This document shows positions 32,226 to 43,207 of a DNA stretch of 64,000 nucleotides, in pieces. Both the position numbers and the translations under genes were made by a program. The number at the start of each line of letters is the position of its first letter. The stretch's first letter is position 1. Location: positions 25,585-89,584 of the forward strand of contig JBEBSR010000001.1 in NCBI GenBank assembly GCA_040394195.1. Reading direction: 5' to 3'. The DNA comes from Wohlfahrtiimonas larvae. GTDB lineage: Bacteria; Pseudomonadota; Gammaproteobacteria; Cardiobacteriales; Wohlfahrtiimonadaceae. The notes beneath the pieces are model-generated. The model ran no database searches. It was not told the origin of the DNA and was given only the letters and a program-made list of their open reading frames with translations.

Positions 32226-34565
32226 TCACAATAAGTTTTTCAATAAGCCTTTAACGGCTGGGTTTTTCTGCAATTGTTTTTCTATTTCTCCATCTAGCTT
32301 ATCTTGCAACTTATCTTTTTGCTTATCAATCTCTTTGCGTGCTTTTTCCTTAATAGCATTTTCAGCTAAACCTGCAATAACGTTACCTAATTGGTCTGTA
32401 TCTAAACGGCATAACCCATCAGTTTTTTCCAAAGAACCTTCACAAATTAACGGAATTGGAATACCTTTGAAACGCTCATTAATCTGACAAGCAGGATCAG
32501 GATTAATGGAATGATCACCAGTTAATACAGCATTCATACGATAATTAATTGCCATGCGATTCAAATTCACATCACCTTTACCATTTATCGCTAAACCTGG
32601 TACCAACATTTGGAATGGATTATTCGTCACAACACCATTTTTAATTATAATTTTGCCAGAGAGCTTTTGGAAATCAGTATAGTTTCGATTGAATGAACCT
32701 GTTAAAGGTTTTTGGTTTAACAAAGCAACACCTTGACACATAAGCTTTTCATAATTCAAGTTATTAATCTTACCTTGTGCCAAATCAAAACTGGCATCGC
32801 CATTCAGATTTGCAATCACTTGATTTTGTAATCGCCCAGAAGTTGTGATGCCAAACTGAGCATTCAAAATACCTTCAACGTTGATGTTTTTATGATTTTG
32901 ATTCAAACGCGATAATAAAAAATCACTATCAATATAATCTTTCAAAGAAATTTGTGGCAAAACTTTCGTTAAATCAATCTTCTGGATTTTGCCATTAAAG
33001 ATAACTTTTGGCGTTTTCTGGCCTTTCAACGAACCACTGAATGATAAGTTGCCACCATAAATATTAGTTGATAATTGATCCAACACTGCATCACCATTTT
33101 TGAGTGAGCCTTTCACGCGATTATTCGCCAATTGTAATTGATCCAATGTTAAGCGCTCCCACTGAATATCCGCAATCACATTAATTGTTTTTGGCAATAC
33201 AGGAATTAACTCAGGATTAGTTGGCTCTTTTGTTTTAGGATGGGCTTTGGTAGTCTCTTGGCTTGTATTAGTTGCTTGTTTTTTAGGTGGCAAATAATGG
33301 TTCAATATTAATTGATCACCTTTCAACACAACTGCAATTGTTGGCACTTTATCCAAAGCAATCGCACCTGATCCTTTAACTTTTGTATCATCAAAAGCAA
33401 TCTCAATAGGATTGATATCAATATTTTTCAGGTTGCCATTGACGCTCATCTTAATAGAAGCTTTTTGTAATGCTGTTTTAGACTCAAATTGTGGCAACTC
33501 AATCTTCAATTGGTTCAACAATGCTTTTAAATTAAAAGTATTCGTTACAATATTGCCCGCAAATTTCAGCTGATCATTAGAATATTTTTCAACTATCACA
33601 TTGCCTGTTACAACTAAATCATCCATTGATAATTTCAACTGATCCACATTCAACAATTCTTTCTTCAAATCAGCTTTAACTACACTTTGAACTTGCAGAT
33701 TATTCACAGCAAAGTCTTTAACTTTCCCACTGCTTTGAATGGATAAATTAGACAATTGCAATAACTGTGTATTGAGATCCATATCCACAATCGTTGATAG
33801 CTCAGTTAATAGCTGAACATCATCCATTTTGATATCATTCTTCAATTTCAAATCACGCATTTGTAGACGTTTCTCTGCAGAATTAAAGTCAATAATAGTG
33901 GATGCTTCGATCTGCCCTTCTACTTTGGGATTAAATAACAAGTAACCGCTATTGAATGCAACAGAAACTGGCTGATTCAGCATTACTTCACCAGTCACTG
34001 CATTCAAATTTTTCAACGCCAATGCTTGATTCTTTTGTGCATCTTTATAGATAAAGTTCGCGTTTTTAATGCTGATACTTTTCACATATAAATTGGGCGT
34101 GGGCTTTGTATTAAAATTTTCTGATTGATTTGTCTCTGCCTCAGCTTTCGCCTCTGTTGTTTGTACTTTTTTAGGCAATGACCAATTTGTATTGCCATTA
34201 GCATCTTTCAACAATGAAACAGACAAGCCTTCCATCACAACATCATTGATATTGAGTTCTCGGTTGAAAAGGCTTTTTAACAAAATAGATGCTTGTGCCA
34301 ATTTAATATTGGCAATGGGAACTGTTGGTGTATTTGGGCTTGCTACAGAAATATTTTGTACTTTCAATCCCAACCAAGGATAAAAAGTCCATTCGATATC
34401 GCCATCGATGGTTAAAATAACATTGGCATTCTTTTGCACCAATTCTGTAATTTGTGGCTTAAATTGATTGGGATTGACAAACATTACAATTCCACCAATT
34501 GCTAAAGCAATAACGACAACAACCGTGAGAATCAAATAAACAAAAATTTTAATCAATTTTTTCAT
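32226..34565 (-). CDS. asmA: AsmA family protein
   Basis: N-terminal TM, FVNPNQFKPQI...IDGDIEWTFYPWLGL; C-terminal AsmA-like repeat. Confidence 0.85.
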   Translation of the reverse strand: MKKLIKIFVYLILTVVVVIALAIGGIVMFVNPNQFKPQITELVQKNANVILTIDGDIEWTFYPWLGLKVQNISVASPNTPTVPIANIKLAQASILLKSLFNRELNINDVVMEGLSVSLLKDANGNTNWSLPKKVQTTEAKAEAETNQSENFNTKPTPNLYVKSISIKNANFIYKDAQKNQALALKNLNAVTGEVMLNQPVSVAFNSGYLLFNPKVEGQIEASTIIDFNSAEKRLQMRDLKLKNDIKMDDVQLLTELSTIVDMDLNTQLLQLSNLSIQSSGKVKDFAVNNLQVQSVVKADLKKELLNVDQLKLSMDDLVVTGNVIVEKYSNDQLKFAGNIVTNTFNLKALLNQLKIELPQFESKTALQKASIKMSVNGNLKNIDINPIEIAFDDTKVKGSGAIALDKVPTIAVVLKGDQLILNHYLPPKKQATNTSQETTKAHPKTKEPTNPELIPVLPKTINVIADIQWERLTLDQLQLANNRVKGSLKNGDAVLDQLSTNIYGGNLSFSGSLKGQKTPKVIFNGKIQKIDLTKVLPQISLKDYIDSDFLLSRLNQNHKNINVEGILNAQFGITTSGRLQNQVIANLNGDASFDLAQGKINNLNYEKLMCQGVALLNQKPLTGSFNRNYTDFQKLSGKIIIKNGVVTNNPFQMLVPGLAINGKGDVNLNRMAINYRMNAVLTGDHSINPDPACQINERFKGIPIPLICEGSLEKTDGLCRLDTDQLGNVIAGLAENAIKEKARKEIDKQKDKLQDKLDGEIEKQLQKNPAVKGLLKNLL

Positions 34566-34613
34566 GGTAGTACCCAATGGATTCAATCATTAGGTTTTAG
34601 AATACAACAGTTT

Positions 34614-35819
34614 TTAATCTTGTGCTGTCTCTAATACGTTTCGCTTGCCGATATGATAAAAAAGCCCCAAGATTCCTACAGAGAAGAAAGCGCCAAAACA
34701 TACCATCAATGTAATGATAGAAACTTCATAATAAGCTAATGCGCCAAAAATAATCATCATCAAAATCATTACAAAGTTTTCTGAGAAATTCTGCACAGCA
34801 ACAGCAGTACCAGCACTTTCAAATAACTTTCCACGTTCTTGCAATAAGGCATTCATAGGAATCACAAAAGTACCGCCACAAGCACCAATCAATATTAAGA
34901 AGATATATACACTGTAGATATTTGTTTGGAATGAGAAAATTGTTGCAATTACGCCCATTGCTAAGCCTGCCCACAAACACCATTTGATATTTTTCACGCT
35001 GATGAATAGTGAAGCAATCAATGCACCAAATACAATCCCAATGCTTACAATAGCGCTGAGCATTGCGACCATTTCTGTGCCACCATCCAATACAACGCGT
35101 ACCCAATCATTCAGCAATAAACGTAGCGTTGTTGCAGCTCCCCAGAATAAGCTTGTGCCTAAGATTGCAAAGCGCGCTTGTTTATCACAAGCTAATTTCA
35201 CCAAAATACTGCCAAAACTTTTCAGCAATGCTTTTGGTGCAAAGCTATCTTTACGCACAGCCTGAATTTTAGGAATGAAGATATTGAACACAACCGCAAC
35301 TGCGTACATCCCGCCAGCAAAAACAAAAGCCATCACAATATTGCGCTCTGCTAATAATCCACCTAAATACGCTCCCAATAAAATTGCCATAATTGTAGAG
35401 CCTTCAACCATGCCATTCACTTTGACTAACAAACGAGTTGTCACCAATTCACCCAAAATACCGAATTTGGCAGGAGAATAAACAGCAGCACCAACACCCA
35501 CTATTGCGTAACATAAGAATGGGCTTGCATCGAAGAACAACAAAGCAACACCCAATAACTTCATTCCGTTACCAATCATCAACACACGCGATTTTGGCTG
35601 ATTATCAGCAAATAAACCCACAACTGGTGCTAACAAAATATATGAGATTAAAAAGCATGCTTGCAATAAATAGGTACTTTCTTTCAAAGCACCCAATTTA
35701 TCCAAAAGCTCCAATAAGGCGAAGAAGAGTGCGTTATCTGCTAATGCTGAAAAAAATTGAGCATTAACAACACTGATGACGCCTTTATTGAATAATTTAT
35801 CTGATGGTTCTTGTTTCAT
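34614..35819 (-). CDS. lplT: Lysophospholipid transporter
   Basis: AQFFSALADNALFF, YSPAKFGIL, QNFSENF; directly downstream of aas. Confidence 0.92.
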   Translation of the reverse strand: MKQEPSDKLFNKGVISVVNAQFFSALADNALFFALLELLDKLGALKESTYLLQACFLISYILLAPVVGLFADNQPKSRVLMIGNGMKLLGVALLFFDASPFLCYAIVGVGAAVYSPAKFGILGELVTTRLLVKVNGMVEGSTIMAILLGAYLGGLLAERNIVMAFVFAGGMYAVAVVFNIFIPKIQAVRKDSFAPKALLKSFGSILVKLACDKQARFAILGTSLFWGAATTLRLLLNDWVRVVLDGGTEMVAMLSAIVSIGIVFGALIASLFISVKNIKWCLWAGLAMGVIATIFSFQTNIYSVYIFLILIGACGGTFVIPMNALLQERGKLFESAGTAVAVQNFSENFVMILMMIIFGALAYYEVSIITLMVCFGAFFSVGILGLFYHIGKRNVLETAQD

Positions 35820-35822
35820 TAA

Positions 35823-37946
35823 TTACACTTCCTGAGCCATTTTTGTCAAAGTCACATAATCTACTTTACCTGAACCTAACAATGGAATTGTTACTAAAGT
35901 TCTCACATCTCGTGCTACTGCTAATTCTGGCATACCCAATGATTTTGCCATTGCCGCGACATCTGCACGCACAACATCTTTTTGTGTTGTGAACAATACA
36001 ATAGCCTCACCTTTGCTTGGATCTTTACGGACAACTGCAGCATGATCATCTTCTGAATACACTGACTTAAATAAGCGTTCTGTCGTTTCCAATGTCACCA
36101 TTTCACCTGCAATTTTTGCAAAGCGTTTCACACGGCCTTTAATTGCCATATAGCCATCTTGATCAATTGCAACTACATCGCCTGTATCGTACCAACCTTT
36201 TTCACCATTGTATTCTGATAGTACCAATTGCCCTGGGCGATCATAGAACAAATAACCTTTCATCACATTTTTACCCTTAACAACTAATTTACCGCCTTCA
36301 GCAATGCCATCGATTTTTTCTAATTCATAATCCATGCCCGGTAAAATGCGACCAATACTGTGATCTTTATAACTCATTGGCACGTTGATGGACACAACTG
36401 GTGAGCATTCTGTTGCGCCATAACCTTCCAAAATACGAATACCAAACTTATCCATCCAAAGATCACGTACAGATTCTGATAAACGTTCAGCCCCTGCAAC
36501 TGTATAGCGTAATGTCGTAAAATCATAAGGGTTTGCGTATTTCGCATAATTTTGTAAAAACGTTGATGTACCAAATAATACTGTTGCTTGAATGTCATAA
36601 ACAATTTCTGGAATTACACGATAATGCAACGGTGATGGATACAAAAATGTTTTACAACCTGCACGCAAAGGCAAAATCACACCTGCAGTTAAGCCAAATG
36701 CATGGAAAATTGGCAATGGGCTCATGAACACATCCTTCGTTGTAAAATCTGCTACTGTGCATAGTTGCTCTACGTTAGTTAATAAAGAGCGATTCGTATG
36801 CACTACGCCTTTTGGCTTGCCTTCTGAACCCGATGTAAACAATACAACAGCTTCATCATCTGGGTTAGGTTTTGGTAGATATTTCTTAGGCATGAATTTA
36901 GCTTTCAATACCCATAATTTGTCTTCATTCGTGATTTGCTTACGTAAATCTTCAGCATAAACCCAGTTAATCTCAGGGAATGCTTCTACTAAATATTCTA
37001 ATTTGCCTTTATCTAAGAAAATACGAGAAGTTAAAATTGTTTTCACTTCTGCCGCTGTAATTGCGGCTGCCATGCCATCAACACCAGCTGTATAGTTCAA
37101 TAATGCTGAAACACGTTTGGTTAAGTTTAATGCCAAAACTGTTGCCATTGAACCAATTGCATTTGGTAGCAACACGCCAACTCTTTCATTTTCTGTTGTA
37201 AAACGTGTAACAATTCTGCTGACACCTAAAATTTTTGTGATGAACTGATCATACGTTTCAGGCTTACGCTGAATATCTTCAATACAATAAGCATCACCAC
37301 CAAATCTTTGTTTTGACAATAAAACTGTATCAAACAAAGAAGTTGGCTCAAATAAATTCACACGCATATCCATCATCAAATCATGTGTATATTTCGCTAA
37401 ATATTGGCGGCGTTTTTTGCCAAATAAATCTTCTGGCACTGTAATATCTAACGGCGCACCCATTGTAATTTTAATTGGCGTGAATAAGCGTTGTTTAACT
37501 AAACCCTTTAAACGGCTTAAATATGTATATTCTGCACCATCTAAAATAACAGGAATCAAAGGCACTTTAGCTTTATTCGCTATGAAAGCTGCACCTTCAT
37601 AAACCTTCATGAAGCTCCCTGTTAACGTAATACGACCTTCTGGAAAAATAACAATTGTGCGACCATTCATCACTTCTTTTGTGAGCATTTTAATTGCCAT
37701 TGGATGCAATGGATCCACTGTTACATGATCAATCAATTTTAAAAAAGGTTTAAAATACCAACGATTCGCAATGTCTGTATTCACAACAAATACTGGCTTT
37801 TGTGGCAAAAATGCACCGAGCAAAACGCCATCCAAAAATGATTGATGATTACAAACTATCACACCATGTGTTTTACACGCTTGTGCATCCAATTGTGTTT
37901 CCACATTAAAGAAGAATTTCAATAAAACCTTAAAGATCGTTCTCAT
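35823..37946 (-). CDS. aas: Bifunctional 2-acyl-GPE acyltransferase / acyl-ACP synthetase
   Basis: NHQSFLD and FPEGRIT (PlsC domain); FTSGSEGKPKGV and YGATE (AMP-binding domain). Confidence 0.95.
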   Translation of the reverse strand: MRTIFKVLLKFFFNVETQLDAQACKTHGVIVCNHQSFLDGVLLGAFLPQKPVFVVNTDIANRWYFKPFLKLIDHVTVDPLHPMAIKMLTKEVMNGRTIVIFPEGRITLTGSFMKVYEGAAFIANKAKVPLIPVILDGAEYTYLSRLKGLVKQRLFTPIKITMGAPLDITVPEDLFGKKRRQYLAKYTHDLMMDMRVNLFEPTSLFDTVLLSKQRFGGDAYCIEDIQRKPETYDQFITKILGVSRIVTRFTTENERVGVLLPNAIGSMATVLALNLTKRVSALLNYTAGVDGMAAAITAAEVKTILTSRIFLDKGKLEYLVEAFPEINWVYAEDLRKQITNEDKLWVLKAKFMPKKYLPKPNPDDEAVVLFTSGSEGKPKGVVHTNRSLLTNVEQLCTVADFTTKDVFMSPLPIFHAFGLTAGVILPLRAGCKTFLYPSPLHYRVIPEIVYDIQATVLFGTSTFLQNYAKYANPYDFTTLRYTVAGAERLSESVRDLWMDKFGIRILEGYGATECSPVVSINVPMSYKDHSIGRILPGMDYELEKIDGIAEGGKLVVKGKNVMKGYLFYDRPGQLVLSEYNGEKGWYDTGDVVAIDQDGYMAIKGRVKRFAKIAGEMVTLETTERLFKSVYSEDDHAAVVRKDPSKGEAIVLFTTQKDVVRADVAAMAKSLGMPELAVARDVRTLVTIPLLGSGKVDYVTLTKMAQEV

Positions 37947-38183
37947 GATTTAGTACCACTGCTTTTTATTAATGAACAACGTTTAGTTTATAGATTATTT
38001 TTAATTAATCAATGTTTATTTAAAAACACAATCAAATAAATATTTCTCTGTGCGCATACTCTAAAACATTTTGTTTATAAGGAACATTAGAAAATTTAAT
38101 AAAAGGATATTACAGTCAATTATCATTATCTTTTTGAGTTGCGTATAATCCAATGATAATACATATTTAAGGAAGGGTTTTAG

Positions 38184-38702
38184 ATGTCATCCACCACTAT
38201 TTCTTTGATCGTTGCCATCGCTGAAAATGGCACAATTGGAATTAACAATTCATTGCCGTGGCACCTTCCTGATGATTTAGCATTCTTCAAAAAAAATACT
38301 GTCAATAAACCTATCATCATGGGTAGAAAAACTTATGAATCATTAGGCCGCCCTTTACCAAAGCGCGACAACATTATAATCAGTCGTCATCCTGCACCTG
38401 ACAACTTACCTGAAAATGTTTTCTATTTTGATTCATTAGATAAAGCCATTGCTGCTTATCAACATGTGCCTGAAGTGATGATTATTGGTGGTGCACAATT
38501 ATATTGCTCAGCCTTACCTTATATGAATAAGCTTTATCTCACAATTGTGGAAAGTGAAGTGGCTGGCGATACATTTTTACCTGAAGTTTTGGCATTACCG
38601 TTTTCAAATGCAAAAATCCTCCATACCGAAAATCATCCCGAAGATGAAAAACATAGCTACCCATTCAGATTCGAAATTTGGGAATTCCCAACAAAATCTT
38701 GA
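38184..38702 (+). CDS. folA: Dihydrofolate reductase
   Basis: IVAIAENGTIG..LPWHLPDDLAFFK, IMGRKTYES, LPKR, IIGGAQLY. Confidence 0.97.
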   Translation: MSSTTISLIVAIAENGTIGINNSLPWHLPDDLAFFKKNTVNKPIIMGRKTYESLGRPLPKRDNIIISRHPAPDNLPENVFYFDSLDKAIAAYQHVPEVMIIGGAQLYCSALPYMNKLYLTIVESEVAGDTFLPEVLALPFSNAKILHTENHPEDEKHSYPFRFEIWEFPTKS

Positions 38703-38712
38703 TCAAAATCGA
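38699..38712. promoter_or_regulatory. Possible FNR box upstream of the ccm operon
   Basis: TTGAT-CAAA-ATCGA, 9/10 match to TTGAT-N4-ATCAA; TATAAT at 38764-38769. Confidence 0.3.
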
Positions 38713-38798
38713 CATTTACAAACGTTTACTTCCTGCTAGTACTGCAAAATTTGGCAATTTCGTTATAATTGTGCATTACATTTTATATTGAGTGAATT

Positions 38799-39539
38799 AT
38801 GGCTGTTTCAACAAAAAAAGTGAGCTGGTATAAAAAATATGCAAGCTATAAATACTACATTCCTTTGGCAAACGCGATCATTCCTTATTGTTTCTGGGGA
38901 AGCGTGATCCTTGCGATTGTGGGATTGGCTTTAGGCTTAGGTTTTGCACCTGCTGATTACCAACAAGGAAACAGCTTTAGAATCATCTATATTCACGTGC
39001 CTGCGGCAATGTTATCGACATCTTTATATATGGCGATGGCAATCACAAGTTTATGCTTCTTGGTTTGGAAAGTTAAATTATTACCGTTGGTTGCACGAAG
39101 CATGGCAACCATTGGTGCAGTATTAACATTGCTTTCCTTATTCACTGGTGCAGTTTGGGGTGCACCAACCTGGGGCACTTGGTGGGTTTGGGACATTCGC
39201 TTAACATCACAATTATTATTACTATTTTTCTACATTGGCTATATTGCTTTTGATCATGCCATTGAAGATCGCCAAACAGCTGATATTTTCACATCTATTC
39301 TAGCAGTCATCGGTATCGCGGTTGCATTGCTCGTTAAACTTTCAGTGTACTTTTTCAATTCTCTACATCAAAAGAGCACACTTTTTGCATCCGGCGGGCC
39401 GAAAATTCCGATGGATATGTTGTTACCATTGATTTTAATGATCGTAGCTTACTCACTATTTACGACTGGTTACATTCTGAAAAAGAGCGTGAATCTAATC
39501 AATCGTGACAGAGTTATGAAACATTATCTAAATCAATAA
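38799..39539 (+). CDS. ccmC: Heme chaperone-loading protein CcmC
   Basis: YIHVPAA, WGAPTWGTWWVWDIRLTS, LHQ. Confidence 0.97.
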   Translation: MAVSTKKVSWYKKYASYKYYIPLANAIIPYCFWGSVILAIVGLALGLGFAPADYQQGNSFRIIYIHVPAAMLSTSLYMAMAITSLCFLVWKVKLLPLVARSMATIGAVLTLLSLFTGAVWGAPTWGTWWVWDIRLTSQLLLLFFYIGYIAFDHAIEDRQTADIFTSILAVIGIAVALLVKLSVYFFNSLHQKSTLFASGGPKIPMDMLLPLILMIVAYSLFTTGYILKKSVNLINRDRVMKHYLNQ

Positions 39540-39557
39540 TTATATAGTGGGGGCGCT

Positions 39558-39728
39558 ATGACGTTTGCATTTGGGAGCTTTGCAGAATTTCTGCAAATGG
39601 GAAAACATGGTCTCTATGTTTGGTTGAGTTATGGATTTTTCTTAATCTGTGTACTTGGCCTAATTATTCCGCTATTTGGCGAGAGTAAAAAGTTAAAACA
39701 AATTATGAAGCAGGAAGGAATTGAATAA
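39558..39728 (+). CDS. ccmD: Heme exporter protein CcmD (missing from the ORF track)
   Basis: Manual translation MTFAFGSFAEFLQMGKHGLYVWLSYGFFLICVLGLIIPLFGESKKLKQIMKQEGIE; stop overlaps the ccmE ATG. Confidence 0.9.
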   Translation: MTFAFGSFAEFLQMGKHGLYVWLSYGFFLICVLGLIIPLFGESKKLKQIMKQEGIE

Positions 39729-40195
39729 TGACACCAAAACAGAAACAACGTGGCATCATCGTTGTTGCGTTAGTGGTTATCACACTCGCAGCAATCGGCT
39801 TACTCATTTACGCATCAAGAAGTGAATTGAATTACTATTATTCACCCATTGAAGTGAAAGAAGGTAAAGCACCTTTAGAACGTTCGATCCGTATTGGTGG
39901 CTTAGTTGCACCTGGTTCAATTGTGAAAAGTACTGAAACAATCGATATCGCGTTTGACATTATGGATGGTAAGGATCGTGTTCGTGTCACTTACGACAAA
40001 ATGTTACCTGACTTATTCCGTGAAGGCCAAGGCGTGATTGCAACAGGACTTTTGAAAGATCAAAATAACTTTGTTGCGACCGAAATTTTAGCGAAGCATG
40101 ATGAAACATACATGCCACCTGAAGTGAAAGAATCTTTAGAAAAATCTGGCATCGTGATCGATGAAAATTCCAGACATCCTGGCTCACAGCCTTAA
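39728..40195 (+). CDS. ccmE: Heme chaperone CcmE
   Basis: LPDLFREGQGV, LAKHDETYMPPEV. Confidence 0.97.
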   Translation: MTPKQKQRGIIVVALVVITLAAIGLLIYASRSELNYYYSPIEVKEGKAPLERSIRIGGLVAPGSIVKSTETIDIAFDIMDGKDRVRVTYDKMLPDLFREGQGVIATGLLKDQNNFVATEILAKHDETYMPPEVKESLEKSGIVIDENSRHPGSQP

Positions 40196-40208
40196 TTGAG
40201 GAGCTAGC

Positions 40209-42188
40209 ATGTTACCATTTGGCGAATTAGCACTTTATATTGCACTAGCAGCATCTTTGTTACTGCTATTCCTACCATTAGTAGGATTATCTACTCATAA
40301 TATTAAACTCATGCAAACAGCAAAACCGCTGACAGCATGGGTTTTCTTTATGCTTTTAGTTTCATTCTTATTTTTAGGCTACGCCTTTTATGTGAATGAT
40401 TTCAGTTACTCTTATGTATTCAAAAACTCCAATACACAATTACCTGCAATCTTCAGATTCACAGCAATCTGGGGTAGCCATGAAGGTTCTGTATTACTTT
40501 GGGTACTAACATTATCTTTATGGATGTACGTTGCGACTCTATTCATGCGCAAAGTACCTATTGAATTGACAGCAACAACACTTGCAATCCTCGGTGCAAT
40601 TTCAGCTGCATTCATCGCATTTGTCATCTTTACATCCAACCCATTTGATCGCATGTTGGATAATCTTGCATTTGATGGTCGTGACTTGAATCCATTATTA
40701 CAAGATGTTGGCTTAATCATTCATCCACCATTGCTTTATATGGGCTATGTTGGTTTTGCAATTCCTTATGCTTTCGTATGTGCAATCTTAATCAATGGTT
40801 ATATTGACCGCACAACTGTACGTTGGTTGCGCCCTTGGGTATTAGCAGCTTGGGGCTTTTTAACATTAGGTATCACCGTTGGTAGCTGGTGGGCTTATTA
40901 TGAATTAGGCTGGGGCGGCTGGTGGTTCTGGGATCCAGTTGAAAACTCATCACTGATTCCTTGGATTTTATCAACAGCATTGCTTCACTCATTGATTACT
41001 ACTGAAAAACGCCAAGTATTCTCTGTTTGGTCAGTATTGATGGCAATCTTATGTTTCTGCTTAAGCGTATTGGGTACATTCCTTGTTCGTTCAGGCGTAT
41101 TAACATCTGTTCACTCATTTGCTGCTGATCCTCGCCGTGGTGCAATCATCTTGATGATTTTGGCAATGGTTGTGATCTTTGGTATTGCATTATTGTTATT
41201 CCGTTCTGGTCGTATTCGCCAGCAAGCTACTGTTGCTTTGGTTTCTAAAGAAACAGGTATTCTATTGAATAACATCTTCTTATCAGTAATCTGCTTCATT
41301 GTTGTGTTAGGCACATTGTATCCATTGATTGTTGACATGTTGGCAATTGGTAAAATCTCAGTGGGTCCGAACTTCTTCAACAAAACTGTTAATCCTTTAG
41401 CAATGATCTTATTAGTGATCATGGGTGTAACGCCAATGATTCGCTTTAAGAAAGATCAATTGAGCCGTATTAAGAAGCCACTCATTTTCATGGCAATCGC
41501 ATCGTTGATCATGGGTCCATTATCCAATGCGCTTTATGTGATGTATGTGAATAACTTAAGCCATAACAATGAACCAGCACTGCCTTTAATTAACCCAATG
41601 GTGACATTGTCATTGATCTTATGTTATTGGGTGATCTTCGGCATCTTGGCTGAAATTTTCGTTCATAAACCAAAAAATGCAGGATTCATCAAAGGTTTCT
41701 TCTCTCAGTCATTGTCACGTGTTGCAATGAACTTAGGTCACTTTGGTACTGTAATTTTAATCATTGGTGTCACAATGACAAGCTATTACAGCGTTGAAGC
41801 AGACCGTTTATTACGCGTTGGCCAAACTGAAGCTGTTCAAGGTTATGACTTTAAATTGGAAAACCTCCAAGATATTAAAGGCCCGAACTATACAGCAACA
41901 AAAGGCACATTCTCAGTGAGTTTCCAAGGTGAATTCTTGAAGATGATGTATCCAGAAAAACGTGTTTATGCTGCAAGCGGCATGCCAATCAGTGAAGTTG
42001 CATTACGTGCATCATTATTGGATGACTTATACATCGCATTATCTGAAGAGCGCCCAGGCGAGAGCTGGGCAATCCGTTTATATGTTAAACCATTCATTCG
42101 TTGGATTTGGTTAGGTGGCATCATCATGGCTGTTGCAGCTTTGGTGGCAATGTTCAGCTTACGCCGTCCAGAACGCTCTGAGAAATAA
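40209..42188 (+). CDS. ccmF: Cytochrome c heme lyase CcmF
   Basis: WGSHEGS, LNPLLQD..HPPLLYMGY, WGGWWFWDPVEN, LTSVHSFA. Confidence 0.98.
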   Translation: MLPFGELALYIALAASLLLLFLPLVGLSTHNIKLMQTAKPLTAWVFFMLLVSFLFLGYAFYVNDFSYSYVFKNSNTQLPAIFRFTAIWGSHEGSVLLWVLTLSLWMYVATLFMRKVPIELTATTLAILGAISAAFIAFVIFTSNPFDRMLDNLAFDGRDLNPLLQDVGLIIHPPLLYMGYVGFAIPYAFVCAILINGYIDRTTVRWLRPWVLAAWGFLTLGITVGSWWAYYELGWGGWWFWDPVENSSLIPWILSTALLHSLITTEKRQVFSVWSVLMAILCFCLSVLGTFLVRSGVLTSVHSFAADPRRGAIILMILAMVVIFGIALLLFRSGRIRQQATVALVSKETGILLNNIFLSVICFIVVLGTLYPLIVDMLAIGKISVGPNFFNKTVNPLAMILLVIMGVTPMIRFKKDQLSRIKKPLIFMAIASLIMGPLSNALYVMYVNNLSHNNEPALPLINPMVTLSLILCYWVIFGILAEIFVHKPKNAGFIKGFFSQSLSRVAMNLGHFGTVILIIGVTMTSYYSVEADRLLRVGQTEAVQGYDFKLENLQDIKGPNYTATKGTFSVSFQGEFLKMMYPEKRVYAASGMPISEVALRASLLDDLYIALSEERPGESWAIRLYVKPFIRWIWLGGIIMAVAALVAMFSLRRPERSEK

Positions 42189-42197
42189 GGAGTTAAT

Positions 42198-42749
42198 ATG
42201 AAAAAACCTATGATTGTTGGTATTACTGTTGCGGCTTTAGTGGGAATTTTTGGTTTCTTCTTTACAACATTATGGAATGATCCAAGTAAGTTACCTTCTC
42301 AATTAGAAGGTAAAGCAATGCCTGAATTCAGCACAAATAAGCTTTCAGCACCTGGCAGTATTTCACAAATTCTAACAAATGATGACATCAAAGGCCCTGC
42401 ATTAGTGAATGTTTGGGCAACTTGGTGCCCTACTTGTAAAGAAGAACATGAAACATTGAATGTATTGAAAACTCAAGGCGTCAATATCTATGGTGTGAAC
42501 TATAAAGATGATTCTAAGTTGGCTCATGAATGGCTACAAGATTTAGGCGATCCTTATCTTTTCAGTTTTTCAGATGCTAGCGGTGCAATTGGTATTGAAT
42601 TGGGTGTTTATGGCGCACCAGAAACATTCTTCGTAGATAAAAACAATGTGATCCAATATCGTCATGTGGGTGCAATCCTGCCTGATATTTGGAACAGCAA
42701 GTTAAAAGCGATTTATGAGTCTCTTGATAAACAAGGAGCGCAACCATAA
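42198..42749 (+). CDS. ccmG: Thiol:disulfide oxidoreductase CcmG/DsbE
   Basis: NVWATWCPTC, GVYGAPETF. Confidence 0.95.
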   Translation: MKKPMIVGITVAALVGIFGFFFTTLWNDPSKLPSQLEGKAMPEFSTNKLSAPGSISQILTNDDIKGPALVNVWATWCPTCKEEHETLNVLKTQGVNIYGVNYKDDSKLAHEWLQDLGDPYLFSFSDASGAIGIELGVYGAPETFFVDKNNVIQYRHVGAILPDIWNSKLKAIYESLDKQGAQP

Positions 42750-43207
42750 TGAAAAAGTTATTAATGCTTGCATTATTCTTGGGCGCAATTGCAACAGCAA
42801 ACGTCAATATTTATTCATTCAGTGATCAAGTGAGCGAAAAACGTTTCAACTCACTCATCACAGATTTACGTTGCCCTAAATGTCAAAACCAAAACTTGGC
42901 AGATTCAGATGCGCCGTTGGCTAAAGACTTGAAAGATCGTGTTTATAGCATGATCAATGATGGCAGAAGTGATGGTGAAATTTTAACATTCATGGTGGAT
43001 CGCTACGGTGATTTCGTATTGTATACGCCGCCAGTTAAACCTCTCACTTGGTTCTTATGGTTCGGCCCTGCCGCAGTTTTAATTGGCGTTTTGATCATCA
43101 TCTTTGCGCGCCGTCGTAAACCTGCCGTTGACACTGTACAACCTTTATCACAATCAGAAACAGAGCAATTGGCTGAGCTGTTAAATAAAAAGGATACTCA
43201 TCAATGA
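42749..43207 (+). CDS. ccmH: Cytochrome c biogenesis protein CcmH
   Basis: LRCPKCQNQNLADS, RYGDFVLYTPP. Confidence 0.95.
   Translation: MKKLLMLALFLGAIATANVNIYSFSDQVSEKRFNSLITDLRCPKCQNQNLADSDAPLAKDLKDRVYSMINDGRSDGEILTFMVDRYGDFVLYTPPVKPLTWFLWFGPAAVLIGVLIIIFARRRKPAVDTVQPLSQSETEQLAELLNKKDTHQ

Noticed and set aside
38110-38130. Fur-box-like GATAATGATAAT sequences near folA/aas (and near 63800)
   Set aside because: Only about 12-13 of 19 positions match in very AT-rich DNA, and the neighbouring genes have no iron link.
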